This document shows, piece after piece, positions 28,765 through 37,833 of a stretch of DNA of 64,000 nucleotides. The position numbers and the translations under genes are program-made. The notes under the pieces are model-generated. The model was given only the letters and a program-made list of their open reading frames with translations. It searched no databases and was not told the origin of the DNA. The stretch covers positions 13,752 to 77,751 of the forward strand of contig MFUG01000016.1 in the NCBI GenBank assembly GCA_001785615.1, written 5' to 3'. The stretch comes from Candidatus Nomurabacteria bacterium RIFCSPHIGHO2_02_FULL_42_19 (GTDB taxonomy: Bacteria; Patescibacteriota; Minisyncoccia; Phycocordibacterales; UBA9973). Every line of letters starts with the position of its first letter. Positions within the stretch are counted from its first letter, which is position 1.

Positions 28765-29190
28765 TTACTTATTTTGCCTGGAAACAACTCGCGCCTTGAG
28801 CGGAAGCTTGGTACCGGCCTTACGCAATGCCTCGCGAGCCACGTTCTCGGGTACGCCATCCACTTCAAAGATAATGCGTCCAGGGAATACCTCCGCGCAG
28901 TAGCCCTGTGGATCTCCTTTTCCCTTTCCCATGCCTACTTCGGCGGCCTTGGCGGTATAAGGGCGGTCCGGAAAAATGCGAATCCAATATTTGCCGGCTT
29001 TGGTCAGCGTACGAGAAATAACCTTACGGGCTGATTCAAGCTGCACCGACTTCACCCTGGCATCCGTCTCGGCCTTCAGCCCGAAAGACCCGAAAGCCAG
29101 CCGAGTACCGCGCGTGTCAGGCGTTATCATTTTCCTGTTGGTGCGCTTGGTTTGCCATTTTCTAAATTTTACTTTTTTCGGTAATAACAT
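28765..29190 (-). CDS. rplP: 50S ribosomal protein uL16
   Basis: MLLPKKVKFRK, WIRIFPD, MGKGKG. Confidence 0.97.
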   Translation of the reverse strand: MLLPKKVKFRKWQTKRTNRKMITPDTRGTRLAFGSFGLKAETDARVKSVQLESARKVISRTLTKAGKYWIRIFPDRPYTAKAAEVGMGKGKGDPQGYCAEVFPGRIIFEVDGVPENVAREALRKAGTKLPLKARVVSRQNK

Positions 29191-29336
29191 GGCTGATTTT
29201 TAAAGAGCGAAGCGATTATAAAAATCGCCATCCCGCTCCACTTTATTAATTACTTTTATATTAACATTTTTCATAATTTTTTAATTTATTTCCCTTTACC
29301 GCTATACACTACTCAATAAAGTGGGGCTGGGATTCT
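29191..29336. repeat. Intergenic hairpin element family A, copy 2 (rpsC-rplP)
   Basis: Arms ATCCCGCTCCACTTTATT / AATAAAGTGGGGCTGGGAT plus the same adjoining hairpin. Confidence 0.8.
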
Positions 29337-29349
29337 GAAAAGATATATT

Positions 29350-30021
29350 TCACTTCGTTTCATTATCTTTTCGAAATATCTTTCCTCGATAAATCCAGAC
29401 CTTGATGCCGATAACACCGTAAGAAAGCGTGGCGCGTTCACGCTTGAAGTCAATGTCCGCTCGAAAGGTCTGAAGCGGAATAGAGCCACGCTTGATTTCC
29501 TCCGTGCGAGCAATGTCCGCTCCGCCCAGACGGCCGGAGAGTACGATTCTAGCCCCCTCTACTCCCCTGGCGGTCATCACTTTTTCCATAATTTGCTTAA
29601 TCACCCTTCTATAAGGCATTCGTTTTTCCAATCCCTCCGCGATCATGTAGGCAACGATGGACGCATCAGCTTCCGGATTCCCAACCTCAACAATTTCCAG
29701 CTTAAAGTCCTCTGGCTTAAGGAGTTGTAATTTATCCATTTTCTTCAAAATATCTTCTTTGAGCTTGGTGGCCCCTTCCCCGCTTCGGCCGATGATGAGT
29801 CCGGGACGAGATGTCCGGATAATGAAACGAGTGGCTTTTCGGCTTCTCTCAATTTCAATGCTCGAGACATGCATCCCGCGTAATTTTTTTTCCAAATATT
29901 CACGAATCAGCACATCGCCCTTCAGATAGGAAACATATTTTTTGGGCTCAGCGAACCAACGGGACTTCCAGTCCCGGAGGGTTATCAATCTATGCGCATA
30001 TGGGTGAACTATTTTAGACAT
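29350..30021 (-). CDS. rpsC: 30S ribosomal protein uS3
   Basis: RPGLIIG, SGRLGGADIAR, IPLQTFRADID. Confidence 0.97.
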   Translation of the reverse strand: MSKIVHPYAHRLITLRDWKSRWFAEPKKYVSYLKGDVLIREYLEKKLRGMHVSSIEIERSRKATRFIIRTSRPGLIIGRSGEGATKLKEDILKKMDKLQLLKPEDFKLEIVEVGNPEADASIVAYMIAEGLEKRMPYRRVIKQIMEKVMTARGVEGARIVLSGRLGGADIARTEEIKRGSIPLQTFRADIDFKRERATLSYGVIGIKVWIYRGKIFRKDNETK

Positions 30022-30030
30022 AAAATATAA

Positions 30031-30408
30031 TTACGAATTATGAACTTTTTTATTTTTAATTTTTAATTTATCATTCGTAATTGGAGCTTGTTCTTTAAGA
30101 ATAAGCGAAAGGTGGCTGGTGCGCTTATTTATCCTGTGCCCCGTGCCCATAGCGGCCGGCATCATTCTTTTTAGGGTTACGCCTTGATCTACTCGCAGTT
30201 CTGCGATTATTAAATTTTCTTTATTGACGCCTGCTTGCTTGGCGTTGGCCACCGCGGAGAGTAAAAGCTTCTTGATCGGCAATCCGGCGCGCTTGGCTAA
30301 AAAATCAAGCTCGGCCACGGCCTGAGAGACGCTTTTCTTCCTGATTAGTCCAGCCACCAGGCGAACTTTTCTCGGGGATTGTCTGTAATTTTTTAAAAAT
30401 GCTTTCAT
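30031..30408 (-). CDS. rplV: 50S ribosomal protein uL22
   Basis: SPRKVRLVA, SAVANA, INKRTSHL. Confidence 0.97.
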   Translation of the reverse strand: MKAFLKNYRQSPRKVRLVAGLIRKKSVSQAVAELDFLAKRAGLPIKKLLLSAVANAKQAGVNKENLIIAELRVDQGVTLKRMMPAAMGTGHRINKRTSHLSLILKEQAPITNDKLKIKNKKVHNS

Positions 30409-30524
30409 CCCGTTAGAAATAGGACGCGTACGCTTGCGCTACGTTTCCAGTTTGATTATTTATAATATTTTTTATAATTTCCATAATTGTTTTTATTATA
30501 TGCGTCCGCGATTTCTAACGGGAT
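30407..30524. repeat. Intergenic hairpin element family B, copy 1 (rpsS-rplV)
   Basis: ATCCCGTTAGAAAT-AGGACGCGT ... TGCGTCCGCG-ATTTCTAACGGGAT. Confidence 0.85.
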
Positions 30525-30530
30525 TCATTC

Positions 30531-30890
30531 CTACGGTTTTTTAGTAGCGACACCAGCATCTGCGGCAACAGCGGTAGCGGACTTGGCTTGTAATATCTCG
30601 GCCTCTTTTTTCTTCTGCTCCAACTCTTTCTGCATTTTTCCGCCATGCTTTATAAACTTCTTGGTTGGAGAAAATTCTCCGAGGCGGTGCCCTACCATGT
30701 CTTCAGTGACTAAAACCTCTATGTGGGTTTTGCCATTATAAACACCAAAATTAAAACCGAGCATTTCCGGCGAGATAACGGAAGCCCTTTTCCAGGTCTT
30801 GATCATCCCGGTCTGCAGGGGGTTTTTACCGGCAATCTTTTTGAGTAGCCCTTCATCCACGTATATGCCTTTTTTGATTGATCTGGTCAT
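30531..30890 (-). CDS. rpsS: 30S ribosomal protein uS19
   Basis: RSIKKG, VYNGK, MVGHRLGEFSPT. Confidence 0.97.
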   Translation of the reverse strand: MTRSIKKGIYVDEGLLKKIAGKNPLQTGMIKTWKRASVISPEMLGFNFGVYNGKTHIEVLVTEDMVGHRLGEFSPTKKFIKHGGKMQKELEQKKKEAEILQAKSATAVAADAGVATKKP

Positions 30891-31116
30891 AAACACTAAT
30901 GTTTACAAATCAAAACGAATGACACGAATTCGTATCATTCGCACTAAATTCGTAATTATTAGTTAACCTATACTAGCAAATTGGCTTAGAATGTCAAATT
31001 AAATAAGAAACGGACGTCAGCGGGGAGCCAACGTCCGGGGGTGAAAATCGGTTAGCGAGAGCTAACCTAGCTGCCTACGGGTATAGGCAGCTTATGGTCT
31101 TTGCGGCGGGACGGGC

Positions 31117-31359
31117 CTACCGATGGCGGGGAGGGGCCAGTGCCCGTTGGTTGCGGTATCTGCCTCCCTCCTGTCGGGCATCCGGCGGGGCCGCCGAACG
31201 TAGAAAAAAAAGTGGGGCCTCGGTGGTGGTCAGCTTGACCACCGGGACTGAAATTGGCGGTCGAACTGGATCAGGTGTTCGACTGAAACGCGCTGCGTTT
31301 CGAAACATGTCCCCGACAAAATCTTTTCGAGCCACATCGGAACGAAAACGATAGGCCAT
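31117..31359 (-). CDS. GC-rich orphan small ORF between rplB and rpsS
   Basis: GGAGG-4-ATG, 80 aa, followed by three hairpins (31011-31092). Confidence 0.4.
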   Translation of the reverse strand: MAYRFRSDVARKDFVGDMFRNAARFSRTPDPVRPPISVPVVKLTTTEAPLFFLRSAAPPDARQEGGRYRNQRALAPPRHR

Positions 31360-31566
31360 GGTGCCTCCGAACTATGCGAACTACGTGACGACAACTAACG
31401 ATCTGCTTCCGTCTTAAGTTTATTACTATAAAAAAATTATGCAAATAAAATTTGTGTATAAAAATGTGGGAGGGGGCCTGGCGAACCGATTTACAATCTA
31501 GCACTTTTATTTATTTTTACCAGTAGTTCGGCGGGCCTGCCCGCCAAAGCTTTTAACAATATTAAA

Positions 31567-32406
31567 TTACTTTGTTTCACCAGTGCGTCGGCGGGAGACG
31601 ATGAAGATGTTTGAGTATTTTTTCGGAGTGCGGGTTTTGCGTCCGCCGGTTACTTTACCCCATTTGGTTTTTGGACGCTTGATTCCCCGGCCTTGTCTGC
31701 CTTCGCCCCCGCCATATGGATGGTCCACCGGATTCATGGCCGTACCACGCACCGTAGGACGTATTCCCTTCCAGCGGCTGCGTCCGGCCTTGCCAAAATT
31801 TTGCAAATGATATTCTTCGTTGGAAACAGTACCGATAGAGGCCCAGCAATTTTCGTTTATTTTTCTTATTTCCGTAGAAGGCATTTTGAGGTTAGTATAG
31901 CCGTCAGCGTTGGCTACCACTTGGGCAAAAATCCCAGCCGAGCGGCCTATTTTCGCGCCACCCCTCGGCTTGATTTCAACGTTGTAAACAAAAGTTCCGA
32001 CTGGAATACTTCGGAGCGGCAAGCGGTTCCCCGGCGCAAGCTCTGCTTTCTCGGAAACTAGAAAAGAATCCCCCGGCTTTATGGATTTCGGCAACACGAC
32101 GTATCTTTTCTCCCCGTCCTTGTATTGAGCGAGCCCGATAAAAGCCGAACGGTTCGGATCGTATTCAACGGACTTTATTTCTGCTGGAATATCTATTTTG
32201 TTATATAGGAAATCAACCTCGCGGTAAAGACGCTTGTGGCCACCGCCTTTATGCCTCATGGTAATACGTCCTTGGCTATTTCGTCCAACCATACGTCTAA
32301 AACCGTGCACTAGGGACTTGGTAGGTTTGGACGCGGTTAAGACCCCCCGGTAAGATACGGTGGTCATTTGTCGTCTTGATTTACTTGTCGGTCTGTACGT
32401 TTTCAT
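31567..32406 (-). CDS. rplB: 50S ribosomal protein uL2
   Basis: EYDPNRSA, AMNPVDHPYGGG. Confidence 0.98.
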   Translation of the reverse strand: MKTYRPTSKSRRQMTTVSYRGVLTASKPTKSLVHGFRRMVGRNSQGRITMRHKGGGHKRLYREVDFLYNKIDIPAEIKSVEYDPNRSAFIGLAQYKDGEKRYVVLPKSIKPGDSFLVSEKAELAPGNRLPLRSIPVGTFVYNVEIKPRGGAKIGRSAGIFAQVVANADGYTNLKMPSTEIRKINENCWASIGTVSNEEYHLQNFGKAGRSRWKGIRPTVRGTAMNPVDHPYGGGEGRQGRGIKRPKTKWGKVTGGRKTRTPKKYSNIFIVSRRRTGETK

Positions 32407-32407
32407 T

Positions 32408-32689
32408 TTAGATGAACTCTATTTTATCACCAGCTTTTAAATATACCACCGCCTTTCGGCCTCCATGCTTAGAACCCTTTCTGCCTCTAACCATAATTTG
32501 CTTGGCGGGAACTCTTAACACATTCACTCTTACTGGTTTAACTTTATAAATTTCAAAAATGGCCTTTTTGATTTCGGTTTTATTGGCAGAATCTTTAACG
32601 TCAAAAGTGTAGACGTTATGCTCTATCGCGTTTGACGCTTTCTCGGTGATTCTCGGATTTTTAATTATTTTTATCGCGGCAGTTGACAT
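32408..32689 (-). CDS. rplW: 50S ribosomal protein uL23
   Basis: PRITEKA, ANKTEIK, KAVVYL. Confidence 0.96.
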   Translation of the reverse strand: MSTAAIKIIKNPRITEKASNAIEHNVYTFDVKDSANKTEIKKAIFEIYKVKPVRVNVLRVPAKQIMVRGRKGSKHGGRKAVVYLKAGDKIEFI

Positions 32690-32695
32690 ATATTT

Positions 32696-33355
32696 TTATC
32701 CTCGTGATTCTAAAAACTTCACACTCTCTTCCGGGTTTTCTATTAAAAGATACTTGTGATTCAACACATCCAACGGATTTAGGTTTTTTACATAAACCAT
32801 TTCAAGCGCGGATATATTTCTAAAACTCTTTTCTGTTTTTTCATTACGCTCGTAGACAGCGGTTAAAATCTTTGATTTTTTTGTTTTGGCAGTTCCGTTA
32901 AACCCCAAGGCCTTCGCTAAGTTTTTCATTACGGCTACTCCGGACTTTGTTTTTATGACGGGCATTTCCAGGGAATCAACAAAGATGATTTCTTCATCTC
33001 TTATCTTCCTGGAAAGAACAGAAAATAGCGCCTGCGCGCGCATTTTCTTGGAAATTTTTCTTTTATAATTCTTCTCCGCCAGCGGACCATGGGTGACTCC
33101 TCCGCCGACCCAGATGGGACTCCTAGATGAGCCGTGTCGGGCTCGGCCGGTTCCCTTTTGCTTCCAGGGCTTCCTGCCTCCGCCACGCACTTCTCCGCGG
33201 TCTTTGGTGTCGGCCGTACCGGCGCGTTTGTTGCTACGCATGCCTTCTACCACCTGATGCACCAAATCCGCTCGCCAGCGGGCGGCAAAGACCTTCGCCG
33301 GAAGATTTATTTTCCCCGCCACCTCGCCCTTTTGATTGTATACTTTTGCTTCCAT
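32696..33355 (-). CDS. rplD: 50S ribosomal protein uL4
   Basis: GGGRKPWKQKGTGRARHGS. Confidence 0.97.
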   Translation of the reverse strand: MEAKVYNQKGEVAGKINLPAKVFAARWRADLVHQVVEGMRSNKRAGTADTKDRGEVRGGGRKPWKQKGTGRARHGSSRSPIWVGGGVTHGPLAEKNYKRKISKKMRAQALFSVLSRKIRDEEIIFVDSLEMPVIKTKSGVAVMKNLAKALGFNGTAKTKKSKILTAVYERNEKTEKSFRNISALEMVYVKNLNPLDVLNHKYLLIENPEESVKFLESRG

Positions 33356-33472
33356 CCCGTACGAAATAGGACGCGTACGCTTACGCTACGAAGTCCTTTT
33401 TGCTATTAATAATAATTTTCATCAATTTCATAATTTTATTTATTTCTATGCGTCCGCGATTTCGTTCGGGAT
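33354..33472. repeat. Intergenic hairpin element family B, copy 2 (rplC-rplD)
   Basis: ATCCCGTACGAAAT-AGGACGCGT ... TGCGTCCGCG-ATTTCGTTCGGGAT. Confidence 0.85.
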
Positions 33473-33481
33473 CCATTTGAT

Positions 33482-34048
33482 TTATCTTGAAATAATTTCC
33501 ACCAAACTACCACGTCGTCCGGTAATCGCGCCTTTTACCAGCATTAAATTATTTTCTTGATCCACCAAAACAACTTTCAAATTTTTCTGCGTAATTCTGT
33601 CGCCGCCCATTCGTCCTGCCATGCGCATTCCCTTCGGCACGTGGGTTCGCAGGCCTCCACCGATGGAACCTGGTTCCCTTTCTGAATGCTTTTGCCCGTG
33701 AGTGCGAGGACCACCGTGGAAACCGTGACGCTTTACCACTCCTTGGAAACCTTTACCTTTGGAAACGGAGGTAACTTGCAGTTTATCCCCCGGAGCAAAG
33801 ACCCCTACATCAATACTGTCGCCCTCTTTTACTTCTGATTTGTCGGTTGGCTTCAATCGGAACTCTTTTAGCGTTTTCTTCTTTTTCTGAGCAAACCCAA
33901 CCTGCACAGAGTCGTATCCGTCTTTACTTTTTTCAAATATGCGGGTTACCATAACCGGTCCTACTTTAAGCACAGTAACAGGAATAACCTCTCCGGTTTC
34001 AGAGAAATACTCCATCATATTTTCTTTTGTGCCCAAAATAAATTTCAT
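33482..34048 (-). CDS. rplC: 50S ribosomal protein uL3
   Basis: SKGKGFQGVVKRHGF, GMRMAGRMG. Confidence 0.97.
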   Translation of the reverse strand: MKFILGTKENMMEYFSETGEVIPVTVLKVGPVMVTRIFEKSKDGYDSVQVGFAQKKKKTLKEFRLKPTDKSEVKEGDSIDVGVFAPGDKLQVTSVSKGKGFQGVVKRHGFHGGPRTHGQKHSEREPGSIGGGLRTHVPKGMRMAGRMGGDRITQKNLKVVLVDQENNLMLVKGAITGRRGSLVEIISR

Positions 34049-34114
34049 AAAATTTCATTTCTTGTTCCGCCTTTGGCGGGATTTTGAAAATATAGTCGCT
34101 TTGCTCCTTATTTT

Positions 34115-34609
34115 CTACAACATCTTAACATCAATATCAACACCGGAAGGAAGCGATAAATTGGTAAGCGCTTCAATTGTTTTCGGATTTGGATTTATAA
34201 TATCAATCAACCTTTTATGCACCCGGATTTCAAATTGTTCTCGGGTATTTTTGTAGATAAAAGAAGCCCGATTGACGGTATACTTTTTAATTTCAGTGGG
34301 TAGTGGCACCGGTCCTACGATATTCGCATCATAGCGGGTGGCAGTATCCATAATCTGTTTGACTGAGGCGTCCAGAATCTTGCTCTCGTAAGCCCGAACC
34401 CGGATGCGCAACACCACCCTGCCCTCCCCGCCCTCGGTACGGACGGGCTTTTTTTCTTTAACTTTAGGTATTTTTATAGCTTGTCCCGCCTTGGCGGTGG
34501 CCGTCACTCGCGAGGTCTTTACTACTCTGACTGTTCTTGGCTTCCCGCCCGAACGTGCCGAAGCACCTTCGGTACGGGCAGGTTTTTCTTTTTTTTCCGT
34601 TGTTGGCAT
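34115..34609 (-). CDS. rpsJ: 30S ribosomal protein uS10 with long N-terminal extension
   Basis: LRIRVRAYE, GPVPLPT, REQFEIRVHKRLIDI. Confidence 0.95.
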   Translation of the reverse strand: MPTTEKKEKPARTEGASARSGGKPRTVRVVKTSRVTATAKAGQAIKIPKVKEKKPVRTEGGEGRVVLRIRVRAYESKILDASVKQIMDTATRYDANIVGPVPLPTEIKKYTVNRASFIYKNTREQFEIRVHKRLIDIINPNPKTIEALTNLSLPSGVDIDVKML

Positions 34610-34671
34610 CTAATTAAATTAGTAATTATCAATTACGAATCCGTAATCCGTAATTGTTAGTTCTTAATTTG

Positions 34672-35865
34672 CTACGCTATAATTTTAGTGACTACTCCGG
34701 CGCCGACGGTCTTGCCTCCTTCTCGGACGGCAAATTTCTGCGCTTCCTCAAGCGCTACTGGTGTAACGAGTTTTACTGTAATTTTAACAGTGTCTCCCGG
34801 CATCACCATTTCTGTACCTTCGGCAAGCGATACATCCCCGGTCACATCCGTGGTGCGAATGTAGAATTGCGGTTTATATCCTTTGAAGAATGGGGTGTGG
34901 CGTCCGCCTTCTTCTTTCTTCAAGACATATATTTCAGCCGTGAAATTATCATGCGGAGTAGTGGTACCCGGCTTGCAAAGAACTTGTCCGCGGGTAATGT
35001 CTTCTTTTTTGAGACCTCGTAAAAGAATACCGGCGTTGTCGCCAGCCATACCTTCCTGCAGATTTTTGTTGAACATTTCAATTCCGGTAACGGTGGTTTT
35101 TTGGGTTGGCTTGATACCTACAACTTCCACGTCTTCACCTACTTTCACTTTTCCTCTTTCAATCTTTCCGGTCACTACTGTACCACGGCCTTCAATAGAG
35201 AAAATGTCTTCAACCGGCATTAGAAACGGCTTGGCCGTATCGCGCACTGGGATTGGGATATAAGTATCGAGCGCATTTACAAGTTCCAGAACTTTCTTCG
35301 CCCATTCGTCATCCACTGACTTTGATTCAAGGGCCTTCAGCGCGGAACCGCGGATAACCGGAGCGCCAGCGCCGTCAAAACCTTGTTTGGTAAGAAGTTC
35401 GCGTATTTCTTCCTCCACCAGGTCAATCATGTCCTTGTCGTCAACCATGTCGCACTTGTTTAGGAAGACGATTATTTTCGGCACCCCGACTTGCTTCGCA
35501 AGCAAGACATGTTCACGGGTCTGCGGCATGGCGCCGTCAGTGGCTGCCACTACCAGAACCGCACCGTCCATTTGCGCGGCACCGGTAATCATGTTCTTGA
35601 TATAGTCCGCGTGTCCCGGAGCGTCAATGTGCGCGTAGTGACGAGCATCCGTTGAGTACTCGTTGTGTGAAATATTAATAGTAATGCCGCGAGCTTTTTC
35701 TTCTGGAGCGTTGTCAATTTGATCAACACCACGAAGTCGAACCTGCTTTCCCGCCATGTTTAAGACATGGAGGATAGCCGCCGTTAAGGTGGTCTTACCG
35801 TGGTCAACGTGACCGATGGTACCCACATTGATATGTGGTCTGTCTCTCTTAAATTCTTCTGCCAT
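34672..35865 (-). CDS. tuf: Elongation factor Tu
   Basis: [30 protein letters not shown]. Confidence 0.99.
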   Translation of the reverse strand: MAEEFKRDRPHINVGTIGHVDHGKTTLTAAILHVLNMAGKQVRLRGVDQIDNAPEEKARGITINISHNEYSTDARHYAHIDAPGHADYIKNMITGAAQMDGAVLVVAATDGAMPQTREHVLLAKQVGVPKIIVFLNKCDMVDDKDMIDLVEEEIRELLTKQGFDGAGAPVIRGSALKALESKSVDDEWAKKVLELVNALDTYIPIPVRDTAKPFLMPVEDIFSIEGRGTVVTGKIERGKVKVGEDVEVVGIKPTQKTTVTGIEMFNKNLQEGMAGDNAGILLRGLKKEDITRGQVLCKPGTTTPHDNFTAEIYVLKKEEGGRHTPFFKGYKPQFYIRTTDVTGDVSLAEGTEMVMPGDTVKITVKLVTPVALEEAQKFAVREGGKTVGAGVVTKIIA

Positions 35866-36100
35866 ATAATTTTCTCCGACCTGAGTCGGAGGATATTAAT
35901 AATGAGGACGGAGCGTACGAGAACCAGTCGCTCCGGCCTAACTACTAATTTACCCCGTTCAGCGAGGCCTATTAAAAACCTTAATAATGATGCACTTCAA
36001 ACAAAAAAGTTTACCCGACATGGGCTCCTAAAGCCCGGCGGGCAATACAAAAACTGCCGAAAGTGCAGTTCCGACTATGATAGCAAATTAAAGGATATTG

Positions 36101-36337
36101 TCAAACGGAGTATTTCTGTATAACCTCCTTAAGCGTCTTTTTTGCTTCCAGATTTGTAAGCGTAGGCAAAACACGTTTCGCTTCTTTTATATAAAAGTCC
36201 CTTAGGTTACGCCCTGCCTCATCAGTGCAGGGTTCGTTAATGTGTTCAATCAGCTTCAAAACTATGCCGGTATCCGTAGCGACTTTCTGTTCTGGTTTTT
36301 TCTTTGGATCTTCTGGTGAACCCCTTTCTGGACTCAT
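36101..36337 (-). CDS. Hypothetical protein
   Basis: 78-aa ORF directly after pyrF. Confidence 0.55.
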   Translation of the reverse strand: MSPERGSPEDPKKKPEQKVATDTGIVLKLIEHINEPCTDEAGRNLRDFYIKEAKRVLPTLTNLEAKKTLKEVIQKYSV

Positions 36338-36344
36338 AATAATA

Positions 36345-37145
36345 TTATAGATTACTTCTAATCTCCTCGCAAAGTTTGCGAGCTTCTTCCTTTAGATTTT
36401 CGGAAAAAATTATTGCTTTGGAAGAAGAAACTATCAGGCCTAGTTTTTCTGAACTCAATCCCGCTTCCATAACTTCTTTCACGCTTCCGCCCTGCGTGCC
36501 GATACCCGGCACGAGTATTGTAAGGTCGCCAACAATTTTTCTTACCTCGCCAAGTTCGGCCGGGTAGGTAGCGCCCACGACTAGCATGCAATTACTATTT
36601 TTATTCCACTCCTTTGAAACTTTTTCAGCCACCACCCACCACAGAGGTCTTGCCTCTGGGGTAGTTATTAAATCTTGCAGTTCCCCTGCTCCCGGATTCG
36701 ATGTGCGGCAAAGAATAATAGAAACTTTATCTTTTCTGTCTAAAAAGGGTTTGAGTGCTTCCTGCCCCAAATATGGGTGAAGTGTGACCGCGTCGAATCC
36801 CAAAGTGTCGAAAATTGCTTTGGCATAAAGCTCATTTGTGTACCCAATATCTGCGCGCTTGGCATCGCAAATAGTAAAAATATCCGGATAATTTTTTCGT
36901 AAATAATCCATCGTCATTTCTAGATCCTCCCAGCCCTTTGCGCCTCGCACTTCATAGGATCCCATATTGGGCTTGTAGGCCGCAGCAAACTCATGCGTCT
37001 CTCCAATAATATATTTGTTAAATTCAAACTGCGGATGCGGGAGAGTTTTGAATTTCTCTGGCAGTTTTTCAAAATCCGGATCAAGTCCCACGCAAAGTAA
37101 TGAGTTTATTTCTTTAGCTCTTTTGTTGTATTTATCGATTATCAT
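36345..37145 (-). CDS. pyrF: Orotidine-5'-phosphate decarboxylase
   Basis: LCVGLDP, DAKRADIG, CRTSNPG, VVGATYP, PGIGTQGG. Confidence 0.95.
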   Translation of the reverse strand: MIIDKYNKRAKEINSLLCVGLDPDFEKLPEKFKTLPHPQFEFNKYIIGETHEFAAAYKPNMGSYEVRGAKGWEDLEMTMDYLRKNYPDIFTICDAKRADIGYTNELYAKAIFDTLGFDAVTLHPYLGQEALKPFLDRKDKVSIILCRTSNPGAGELQDLITTPEARPLWWVVAEKVSKEWNKNSNCMLVVGATYPAELGEVRKIVGDLTILVPGIGTQGGSVKEVMEAGLSSEKLGLIVSSSKAIIFSENLKEEARKLCEEIRSNL

Positions 37146-37190
37146 TATTTTGCTATTATCACTTTTAGACGGCCGTCAATTTTGATAACA

Positions 37191-37829
37191 TTATTTATTT
37201 TTCTTCTCTTCTAAAAACTTTTTTCCATGACCAATTTCGGTATTAATTGGCACACCACTTTTGCAGAGTGGGCAATCTTTTTCATCCCAAACATCCATAC
37301 CTAGGATAGTTAAATAATCAAAAGGAACACCAATAAATTCTGGATTTATATTCAGAGGATCTTTGTTCACTATCGCGCATGCAGCAATAACCTTACCCCC
37401 TTCACTTAAAACACTATCAATGACCTTCTTCACAGAACCACCCGTCGTCACAATATCTTCAACAACTAAAACATTTTTCCCTTTTACAAATTGTCCGTAA
37501 CCCCTGGTAAAAATCTGATTTTTGTCTGGCTGTTTTTCTGTATAAACACTTAAAATTTCTTTGCCTTTCAAAATTCCAAGATGATATGCAGTCCATTGAG
37601 AAAGAATAATACCGCCCATAGACGGGCCAGCCACAACATCAATTGGGGTGTTTTTAAACTTTTCAGCAATAATTTCTGCAATTCGAGAAATGTAAGTAAT
37701 GTGCGGAAAAATATAATCTTTATTTATATACGTTGGTGCATGTTTGCCAGAAATATAAACGAAGTGGCTATCATTAATTACTGCTCCGGTTTTTTTTAGA
37801 ATGTCTACAACTTCTTGATTCGATTCCAT
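37191..37829 (-). CDS. pyrE: Orotate phosphoribosyltransferase
   Basis: HFVYISGKH, VLVVEDIVTTGGSV. Confidence 0.88.
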   Translation of the reverse strand: MESNQEVVDILKKTGAVINDSHFVYISGKHAPTYINKDYIFPHITYISRIAEIIAEKFKNTPIDVVAGPSMGGIILSQWTAYHLGILKGKEILSVYTEKQPDKNQIFTRGYGQFVKGKNVLVVEDIVTTGGSVKKVIDSVLSEGGKVIAACAIVNKDPLNINPEFIGVPFDYLTILGMDVWDEKDCPLCKSGVPINTEIGHGKKFLEEKKNK

Positions 37830-37833
37830 ATGT

